IMG/VR virus record: IMGVR_UViG_2698536450_000011
Strand: one strand, 5' to 3'
DNA from: a virus
Lineage: Duplodnaviria > Heunggongvirae > Uroviricota > Caudoviricetes
Length of the DNA stretch: 4,494 nucleotides
Shown: one piece after another, positions 1 through 4,494 of the stretch
Layout: every line of letters starts with the position of its first letter
Position numbering within the stretch: position 1 is the stretch's first letter
The notes under the pieces: model-generated
What the model was told of the DNA's origin: nothing
The model's database searches: none
The model's input: only the letters and a program-made list of their open reading frames with translations
Position numbers and translations under genes: made by a program

Positions 1-13
1 GAGTTGATGGCTC

Positions 14-271
14 ATGATGTCCCTCTGGGATGCGCTCCGGATGAATATGATGATCTCATATCAGGAACTTGTTCGCACCTTCCCTAATGCTGGTTGCTCT
101 TTTTCTGTCCCTCGCCTGGGTGATGTTGTCTTCGTCGGGGCTGCTGGGGTGACAGTGACTGATGACATCAGCAGAGCGCTGGCTTTTGCTATTAAGTGGG
201 TGGCTGTTGGTATTGCTGTGTCTCCGATGCTGTATGGGCTGGCAAAACTGGTCATTGCGCTGAAATCGTGA
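14..271 (+). CDS. hypothetical small protein (85 aa) with hydrophobic C-terminal segment; possible lysis-cassette-associated membrane protein
   Basis: Complete ORF in track. ATG at 14 overlaps a TGA at 15-17 in another frame (ATGA), consistent with coupling to an upstream gene ending at the window edge. C-terminal ~30 aa (ISRALAFAIKWVAVGIAVSPMLYGLAKLVIAL) is hydrophobic and long enough for one transmembrane helix. This segment is paralogous to the downstream 28-aa ORF, with differences concentrated at third codon positions, which argues that it is really coding. No family recognised. Start uncertain (ATGs at 14, 17, 41, 47, 50). Confidence 0.35.
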   Translation: MMSLWDALRMNMMISYQELVRTFPNAGCSFSVPRLGDVVFVGAAGVTVTDDISRALAFAIKWVAVGIAVSPMLYGLAKLVIALKS

Positions 272-282
272 ACTTTAAAAAG

Positions 283-369
283 ATGAGTGCTGAACTTATT
301 CGGGCAATGGCATTTGCCATTCGTATTGTGGCCATTGCTGTTCTGGTCTGGGCAATCCGTTGGTGGTGA
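283..369 (+). CDS. hypothetical 28-aa hydrophobic peptide ([28 protein letters not shown]), stop 1 nt before Rz start
   Basis: Hand-translated; not in the ORF track because it is under the length cutoff. ATG 283-285, TGA 367-369, Rz ATG at 371. Almost entirely one hydrophobic helix. Resembles the C-terminal segment of ORF 14-271 (RA-AFAI--VA motif conserved; codons differ mainly at wobble positions). Weak Shine-Dalgarno (aaaaag). Confidence 0.3.
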   Translation: MSAELIRAMAFAIRIVAIAVLVWAIRWW

Positions 370-370
370 A

Positions 371-838
371 ATGAACCGCGTTCTGTGTGTGGTCATCATT
401 GCTCTGCTGGTGGCCTGTGGTGCGCTTAGTCTGGGGCTGAATCATTACCGCGATAACGCCATCACTTACAAAGCGCAGCGCGATAAAAAAGCCAGTGAAC
501 TGAAGCTGGCGAACGCAACCATTACTGATATGCAGGTGCGCCAGCGCGATGTTGCTGCGCTCGATGCAAAATACTCGAGGGAATTAGCCGATGCGAGAGC
601 TGAAAATGAAACTCTGCGTGCTGATGTTGCCGCTGGTCGTAAGCGCCTGCGGATCAACGCCACCTGCTCCGGTACCGTGCGTGAAGCCACCGGCACCTCC
701 GGCGTGGATAATGCAACCGGCCCCCGACTGGCAGACACCGCTGAACGGGATTATTTCATCCTCAGAGAACGGTTGATGACAATGCAGAAGCAGCTGGAAG
801 GGGCGCAGGAATATATCCGTACTCAGTGCCTGAAATAA
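371..838 (+). CDS. Rz: Rz-type i-spanin (inner-membrane spanin subunit), lambda Rz-like
   Basis: Translation from ATG 371 ([68 protein letters not shown]...[37 protein letters not shown]) closely parallels phage lambda Rz as I recall it: N-terminal TM anchor, coiled-coil periplasmic domain, conserved [15 protein letters not shown] and [11 protein letters not shown] blocks. TAA at 836-838. The track ORF starts at an upstream GTG (287), but homology favours ATG 371. Confidence 0.9.
   Translation: MNRVLCVVIIALLVACGALSLGLNHYRDNAITYKAQRDKKASELKLANATITDMQVRQRDVAALDAKYSRELADARAENETLRADVAAGRKRLRINATCSGTVREATGTSGVDNATGPRLADTAERDYFILRERLMTMQKQLEGAQEYIRTQCLK
591..776 (+). CDS. Rz1: Rz1-type o-spanin (outer-membrane lipoprotein spanin subunit), embedded in +1 frame within Rz
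   Basis: ORF fully inside Rz in a different frame, the classic embedded Rz/Rz1 architecture. Translation [61 protein letters not shown] has a lipoprotein signal with lipobox VVSAC and a proline-rich mature region, resembling lambda Rz1. Shine-Dalgarno GAGGGA at 577-582, 8 nt upstream of ATG 591. Confidence 0.85.
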   Translation: MRELKMKLCVLMLPLVVSACGSTPPAPVPCVKPPAPPAWIMQPAPDWQTPLNGIISSSENG

Positions 839-1113
839 GTTTTGTTGATGCGCCGTATCGTCGCTGTATTCCCTCATTAACAGAGACCGCAGCCCGACAG
901 GGAGACTCCTCTGCGCGAGTGTGCGGGGATAATCAAAAACGATACACACCGGGGTTTACCGCGTTAACGGAGCGCGGCGTTGTCCCCTCATAGTCGCCAG
1001 TCCGGTGCGATGGTGGAAGAAACAGGACGATGTGTTACCTCGCAAGCCCTGTTATGTCATGTGTCTGATTTGTGATTTAAGTCGGATAATTGTCGTTGCC
1101 ATTAAGCAGAGGA

Positions 1114-1144
1114 TTGATGACCGACAGGGCGGCATTGTTAGAAT
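1114..1144 (+). promoter_or_regulatory. candidate sigma70 promoter with extended -10 for the lipoprotein gene
   Basis: TTGATG (1114-1119) as a -35-like hexamer; TGtTAGAAT (1136-1144) matches an extended -10 (TGnTATAAT-like). Spacer is 19 nt, which is suboptimal. Predicted TSS near 1151, about 20-25 nt upstream of the lipoprotein start. Sequence-pattern only. Confidence 0.3.
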
Positions 1145-1170
1145 AAGACTTATTTTTATCTGTGCGGGGA

Positions 1171-1503
1171 ATGAAAATGAAAAGAAATCTTCCGTTAATT
1201 ATTTTGTTGTCTTCTCTGGTTATGGGCTGTACGCAACATAAAACAGATATGCCCCGACAGTTGGTTAAGGCATTACCACAATATCCGGCCTATGCAGCGG
1301 CAAATTATATAAAGGGACGGGTTGATGTGAGGTTTGATATTGGTGCTGATGGTACTGTCACCCGAATTGAGTTTATTCGTTCAGAGCCGCACCATCTGTT
1401 TGATGAGCAGGTTGTAAAGGCGATGGCAAAATGGCGATTTGAGAAGGACAGGCCGTGTAAAGGCGTGAAGAAAACGTTTATCTTTAGTCCTTCTGCACCC
1501 TGA
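1171..1503 (+). CDS. lipoprotein with TonB C-terminal-like domain (prophage moron candidate)
   Basis: N-terminus MKMKRNLPLIILLSSLVMGC is a lipoprotein signal peptide (lipobox-like LVMG-C; Thr at +2, which would favour outer-membrane sorting). The mature part, LPQYPAYAAANYIKGRVDVRFDIGADGTVTRIEFIRSEPHHLFDEQVVKAMAKWRFEK, matches the TonB C-terminal domain signature (YP..A......G.V.V.F.I..DG.V..I.......F....V.A...WRF) as I know it from E. coli TonB. The gene is visibly AT-richer than its neighbours. Start ambiguous: GTG 1162, ATG 1171 or ATG 1177 (GGGGA at 1166-1170 fits best as SD for 1177). TGA at 1501-1503. Confidence 0.75.
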   Translation: MKMKRNLPLIILLSSLVMGCTQHKTDMPRQLVKALPQYPAYAAANYIKGRVDVRFDIGADGTVTRIEFIRSEPHHLFDEQVVKAMAKWRFEKDRPCKGVKKTFIFSPSAP

Positions 1504-1634
1504 TTATTTCATCAGAAATTAATTATCACTCTGTTGTTATTCTGTACATCCCGGCAGGGTAAGTCTTGTTCCGTCGGATATGAAGATGAAATATTGTGGG
1601 AGGACAGTGGGTACCTGCTCCTGTAACCGAACGT

Positions 1635-1835
1635 TCATTTCTCGTTATTTGTCATGCTGGCCGGGCGCAGATGCGTTGCATCTGTTGCCAGCCTTCTCCT
1701 GCAGGCTTCAATAACCCACGCTGAAAAGTTACCGGACCCTTTATGCTCAAGGGCGATGTTGATCTGTTCAATCATGTGATTGGGGAAACGGATATTGCGG
1801 GTTGTGGTTCTGCGGGTACGGTTTTTCGATGACAT
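1635..1835 (-). CDS. small ribbon-helix-helix (Arc/CopG/MetJ-like) DNA-binding protein, 66 aa
   Basis: Minus-strand ORF. Start preferred at the internal ATG (complement of 1833-1835), which is preceded by a strong SD, AAGGA, in gtAAAGGAaataaatATG; the track's longer version begins at a GTG at 1895. Translation MSSKNRTRRTTTRNIRFPNHMIEQINIALEHKGSGNFSAWVIEACRRRLATDATHLRPASMTNNEK has the RHH pattern: basic N-tail, beta-strand (RNIRFP), helix A, G-x-S/N turn, helix B; compare Arc NLRWPREVLDLVRKVAEENGRSVNSEIYQRVMESF. Oriented opposite to all the other genes. Confidence 0.65.
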   Translation of the reverse strand: MSSKNRTRRTTTRNIRFPNHMIEQINIALEHKGSGNFSAWVIEACRRRLATDATHLRPASMTNNEK

Positions 1836-1876
1836 ATTTATTTCCTTTACTGATTGCCATATGACGGGGATTTTAC

Positions 1877-2242
1877 ATGGCTGAGCTTCGTACACTCCAG
1901 AGCAGAATCAAAACACTGAATACCCGACGGGTGAATATTCTGAAGGGTGAACAGCGTCGTGTCAGTGGCAGTGCACGTGTTTCCCTCAAGCGTCATATCT
2001 GGCTCAGGGACGCCGGGCAGTGCCGTCTCTGTGGTCGTGTGGTTGACCTCTGTGACAGTGAACTCGATCACCGAATTGCACTTCAGTTCGGTGGTGGTAA
2101 TGAGGAGACGAATCTCTGGACGCTCTGTACCGAATGCCATCGACAAAAGTCTGCTCGTGAAGCGGCGAGTGATATGCCGGACCCGACGCTGCCGGAGGTG
2201 TCCGGAGGTAGTGGCAGAGAGGACGACATCATCGGACTGTAA
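1877..2242 (+). CDS. HNH endonuclease (phage packaging-associated, HK97 gp74-like)
   Basis: 121 aa. Contains CRLCGRVVDLCDSELDHRIALQFGGGNEETNLWTLCTECHRQK: C-x2-C ... C-x2-C zinc-binding pairs with the His (DH), Asn (NLW) and His (CH) of the HNH motif. SD GGGGA at 1865-1869, 7 nt before ATG 1877. Lies immediately upstream of the putative cos region and terminase genes, the typical position of packaging-associated HNH genes in HK97-like phages. Confidence 0.9.
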   Translation: MAELRTLQSRIKTLNTRRVNILKGEQRRVSGSARVSLKRHIWLRDAGQCRLCGRVVDLCDSELDHRIALQFGGGNEETNLWTLCTECHRQKSAREAASDMPDPTLPEVSGGSGREDDIIGL

Positions 2243-2532
2243 CCCGACCCCGGGGGGGTATCATCCGGCGTAAAAAACGATCGCTTTGGACACCGCGCCC
2301 CCTCTCACGCAGAGAAAAAATTCCTGTTTCAGGGCAGTTAACATGTTAACTGGCTGCCCGGGCATTTTTGCGGTTTTTATCTTTATTATTCAGTTTGTTG
2401 TGCGAAAAAAATGTTAACTGGCTTTTTCAGCAAATGTTAACCAGGCAGCAGTTAACATTTGCGGCATGAGACGCCGGGAAAAATGGGCTGAACCATACCC
2501 GGCTGAGTGCGTTCTGGACCCGGGAGGAGGCT
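2243..2532. other. putative cos / terminase-recognition region (non-coding interval between HNH and terS)
   Basis: 290 bp with no credible ORF, between the HNH gene and terS. The proximal part is GC-rich, with CCCCGGGGGGG at 2248-2258. The distal part is AT-rich, with several A- and T-tracts and a cluster of GTTAACAT-type repeats. Position is analogous to cos in HK97-like and lambda-like genomes. The exact cosN nick sites cannot be determined from sequence alone. Confidence 0.4.
2335..2462. repeat. cluster of five copies of a ~12-bp motif (ATGTTAACTGGC-like) in both orientations, including an 18-bp perfect palindrome and a 12-bp-arm inverted repeat
   Basis: Read directly. 18-bp perfect palindrome CAGTTAACATGTTAACTG at 2335-2352. 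Exact 13-bp direct repeat ATGTTAACTGGCT at 2343-2355 and 2411-2423. Inverted repeat GCAAATGTTAAC (2430-2441) / GTTAACATTTGC (2451-2462) with a 9-bp spacer. Variant copy ATGTTAACCAGGC at 2434-2446. Confidence 0.85.
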
Positions 2533-3096
2533 GTGCTGACAACGCAAAAACGAAAATTTGCGCTGGCGCTCATGTCCGGGAAAAACAAAACAGCGTCAGC
2601 CATTGCCGCCGGTTATTCGGCGAAGACAGCCAGGGTTAAAGGCTTGCAGCTGGCAAAAGATCCGGAGGTGCTCGCGTTTATAGCCCGTAAACAGTGCGAG
2701 ACGGTGGAGGTGGATGAGGTTCCTGTTTACCGGCAGAAAAAATCAGAGCAGGAGGATAAACCCCGTCGCCGTGAGGCGGCTGCAATACCACAGCCGGACG
2801 AAACAAATCCGGAGATGCCACCGTCCGCGGTGATGTCTCCTGGTATTGAATATATGGAGGATGGTCTTCCCGATCCGGTGAAAGCCATGGGGCGGATCCT
2901 GGTGGAAAACCTCTGCATTGATCCGAAACTGGCACTGGATGCGGCCTGGCGTCTGGCGCAGTTCACGCACCATAAAAAAGGGGATACCGGGAAAAAATCG
3001 GCAAAAGGTGATGCCGCGAAAAAAGCGGCTAACCGTTTTGCGGTGCCACCGCCACCCCGACTGGTGGTGAATAACGATAATGAGGGCAACGGATGA
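2533..3096 (+). CDS. terS: terminase small subunit (TerS)
   Basis: 187 aa. N-terminal region KRKFALALMSGKNKTASAIAAGYSAKTARVKGLQLAKDPEVLAFIARKQ matches the HTH signature of phage small terminase subunits (..A...AGYS.KTA...G..LL..P.V...I). Strong SD GGGAGGAGG at 2522-2530 before GTG 2533; an alternative ATG start is at 2572. Basic Lys/Ala-rich C-terminus. The stop overlaps the terL start (ATGA at 3093-3096). Confidence 0.85.
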   Translation: MLTTQKRKFALALMSGKNKTASAIAAGYSAKTARVKGLQLAKDPEVLAFIARKQCETVEVDEVPVYRQKKSEQEDKPRRREAAAIPQPDETNPEMPPSAVMSPGIEYMEDGLPDPVKAMGRILVENLCIDPKLALDAAWRLAQFTHHKKGDTGKKSAKGDAAKKAANRFAVPPPPRLVVNNDNEGNG

Positions 3097-4494
3097 TACC
3101 TGTATGGAGCACAGCCTGCCCGGACTGGGCAGAGCGCCTGAAAAAGGGGCTGTCGATTATTCCGGATCCGATTTATCCGGACGAGGCCGCACATGCCCTG
3201 GCGATTTTTAAACAACTGCGGATTGTGGATGCACCGGGTAGCCCTACGTTCGGGGAGTCCTGTGCACCGTGGGTGTTTGACCTGGTGGCGGCCCTGTTTG
3301 GCTCCTACGATGCGCAGACCGGTGTACGCCATATCAAGGAAGTTTTTATCCTTATCCCCAAGAAAAACTCGAAGTCCACGCTGGCCGCGGGGATCATGAT
3401 GACTGCACTGTTACTGAACTGGCGGCAGGCGGCGGGTTACACGATTCTGGCCCCGACTGTGGAGGTGGCGGCCAACGCCTTCAACCCTGCCCGGGATATG
3501 GTACGACGTGACGATGATCTGGATGACCTCTGCCAGGTACAGACCCATATCCGGACCATCACCCACCGGGTGACAGACACCACCCTGAAGGTGGTGGCAG
3601 CCGATCCGAATACGGTGTCCGGTATCAAGTCCGTGGGTACGCTGATTGATGAGTTGTGGCTGTTTGGCAAGCAGTGCAAGGCGGAGGACATGTTACGTGA
3701 AGCCATCGGCGGGCTTGCCTCCCGTCCGGAAGGATTTGTGGTGTACACAACCACCCAGTCGAATGAACCGCCTGCCGGGGTGTTCAGACAGAAACTGCAG
3801 TACGCCCGGGATGTCCGTGACGGCAAAATTCATGATCCGCACTTTCTGCCGGTGATATTTGAACACCCTCCTGAAATGGTGGAAAGCGGGGCTCACCTGC
3901 TGATGGAAAACCTCGCCATGGTCAATCCTAATCTCGGCTATTCAGTGGATGAGGCCTTTCTGTACCGGGAGTACCGTAAAGCCCGGGAAGCCGGTGAAGA
4001 GACATTCCGGGGGTTCATGTCAAAACACGCCAATGTGGAAATTGGTCTTGCCCTGCGCTCTGACCGCTGGGCGGGGGCTGATTTCTGGGAAGAGCAGGGC
4101 CGTTGTATCAGCCTGGACGATATCCTGCGTCGTGCTGATGTGGTGACGGTGGGGATTGACGGCGGAGGGCTGGATGATCTGCTGGGGATGTATGTGATTG
4201 GGCGTGACCGGGAGACCCGCGAATGGCTGGGCTGGGGCCATGCCTGGGCGCATGAAACCGCGGTGGTCCGACGGAAGAGCGAGGCGTCCCGGTTTCAGGA
4301 TCTTGTTGCCTGTGGAGATATGACCATTGTCCGTCGGGTCGGGGATGACACGGCGGAAGTGGCGGAGTATGTGCGTCGTATTCATGAGGCTGAGTTACTG
4401 GATCATATCGGTATTGACCCGTCAGGTGTGGGGCAGATTCTGGATTCACTGGCGGAAGCCGGGATCCCCGATGAGAGTGTGGTGGGGATAAGCC
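3093..4494 (+). CDS. terL: terminase large subunit (TerL), 5' partial, continues beyond window end
   Basis: Hand-translated codon by codon from ATG 3093 to 4494: no in-frame stop, 467 codons. It is missing from the ORF track only because it is open-ended. Sequence MIPVWSTACPDWAERLKKGLSIIPDPIYPDEAAHALAIFKQLRIVDAPGSPTFGESCAPWVFDLVAALFG...VFILIPKKNSKSTLAAGIMMTALL...VTVGIDGGGLDDLLGMYVIGRDRE... has a Walker-A-like PKKNSKST segment and a later acidic segment (GIDGGGLDD) consistent with an ATPase followed by a nuclease domain. All track ORFs between 3193 and 4449 lie in other frames or antisense within it. Position directly after terS with start/stop overlap. Confidence 0.88.
   Translation, partial: MIPVWSTACPDWAERLKKGLSIIPDPIYPDEAAHALAIFKQLRIVDAPGSPTFGESCAPWVFDLVAALFGSYDAQTGVRHIKEVFILIPKKNSKSTLAAGIMMTALLLNWRQAAGYTILAPTVEVAANAFNPARDMVRRDDDLDDLCQVQTHIRTITHRVTDTTLKVVAADPNTVSGIKSVGTLIDELWLFGKQCKAEDMLREAIGGLASRPEGFVVYTTTQSNEPPAGVFRQKLQYARDVRDGKIHDPHFLPVIFEHPPEMVESGAHLLMENLAMVNPNLGYSVDEAFLYREYRKAREAGEETFRGFMSKHANVEIGLALRSDRWAGADFWEEQGRCISLDDILRRADVVTVGIDGGGLDDLLGMYVIGRDRETREWLGWGHAWAHETAVVRRKSEASRFQDLVACGDMTIVRRVGDDTAEVAEYVRRIHEAELLDHIGIDPSGVGQILDSLAEAGIPDESVVGIS

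Noticed and set aside
1-87. Frame-1 reading frame open from the window start to TAA at 85-87 (...ELMAHDVPLGCAPDEYDDLISGTCSHLP*), possibly the 3' end of an upstream gene such as the endolysin
   Set aside because: Only 28 codons are visible and I do not recognise it as a known endolysin C-terminus. It overlaps ORF 14-271 and the two cannot be resolved without upstream sequence or a homology search. Alternatively an upstream gene may end at TGA 15-17 (ATGA overlap with ATG 14). Left unannotated as ambiguous.
61-399. 112-aa ORF on the - strand
   Set aside because: Antisense to ORFs 14-271 and 283-369; low-complexity, Thr/Pro/Ser-rich translation with no recognisable domain; typical shadow ORF.
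466-949. Two - strand ORFs (466-738, 584-949) overlapping Rz/Rz1
   Set aside because: Antisense to the well-supported Rz/Rz1 pair; the translations are Arg/Ala/Ser-rich shadow frames with no signature. The sense strand has clear lambda-like homology.
839-1170. Looked for a bor homologue (as in lambda) on the - strand after Rz
   Set aside because: No ORF resembling the Bor lipoprotein (signal peptide plus lipobox) is present on either strand in this interval.
1005-1241. 78-aa + strand ORF spanning the gap and the lipoprotein start
   Set aside because: GTG start without SD, many rare codons (AGG, AGA, CGA, ATA), overlaps the lipoprotein signal-peptide region out of frame, no recognisable domain.
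1504-1634. Looked for a bidirectional rho-independent terminator between the convergent lipoprotein and RHH genes
   Set aside because: There is a KpnI-centred partial dyad around 1597-1621 (GGAGGACAGTGGGTACCTGCTCC), but no clean GC-rich stem followed by a T-tract on either strand, so no terminator is called.
1580-1720. Small Cys-rich + strand ORF (MKMKYCGRTVGTCSCNRTF..., ~46 aa) not in the track
   Set aside because: Weak RBS, antisense to the 3' end of the RHH gene, no recognisable fold; probably chance.
1847-2273. ORFs 1847-2146 (-) and 1947-2273 (+) overlapping the HNH gene
   Set aside because: Alternative-frame and antisense shadows of the HNH gene, whose frame carries the complete HNH motif and a proper SD.
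2335-2462. Possibility that the GTTAAC-containing repeats are a CRISPR array or a mobile-element terminal inverted repeat
   Set aside because: The repeat units are only ~12 bp, irregularly spaced and in mixed orientation, with no ~30-bp spacers and no cas or transposase genes nearby. The location between HNH and terS fits phage packaging or regulatory sites far better.
2678-3399. ORFs 2678-2935 (-), 2727-3332 (-, 201 aa), 2743-2973 (-), 3193-3399 (+)
   Set aside because: All overlap terS/terL in other frames or antisense. The 201-aa antisense ORF is long only because the region is GC-rich; its translation is Arg/Gly/Ala-rich with no signature, whereas the sense frames give clear terminase signatures.
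3437-4449. ORFs 3437-3826 (-), 3646-3855 (+), 3693-3896 (-), 3949-4146 (+), 4020-4385 (-), 4108-4449 (-)
   Set aside because: All lie inside the uninterrupted terL reading frame (3093->4494) in other frames or antisense; Pro/Arg/His-rich shadow translations.

Overview
This window reads as the late-region junction of a lambdoid, HK97-like prophage of an enterobacterium, almost entirely on the + strand. In order: (i) two small overlapping or abutting ORFs encoding related hydrophobic peptides (14-271, 283-369); (ii) the spanin pair Rz (371-838) with Rz1 embedded in the +1 frame (591-776); (iii) a ~330 bp non-coding gap; (iv) a visibly AT-richer gene for a lipoprotein with a TonB C-terminal-like domain (1171-1503), with a candidate promoter of its own; (v) a small ribbon-helix-helix (Arc/CopG-like) DNA-binding gene on the - strand (1635-1835); (vi) an HNH endonuclease gene (1877-2242); (vii) a 290 bp non-coding region with a dense cluster of GTTAACAT-type palindromes and repeats, a likely cos/terminase-recognition region (2243-2532); (viii) terminase small subunit (2533-3096) and the 5' part of terminase large subunit (3093->4494, open to the window end and absent from the supplied ORF track). 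All family assignments come from reading the translations and recalling family signatures; no database search was possible. The most interesting candidates are the TonB-C-domain lipoprotein, a possible TonB mimic, and the paralogous hydrophobic peptide pair tightly coupled to Rz.
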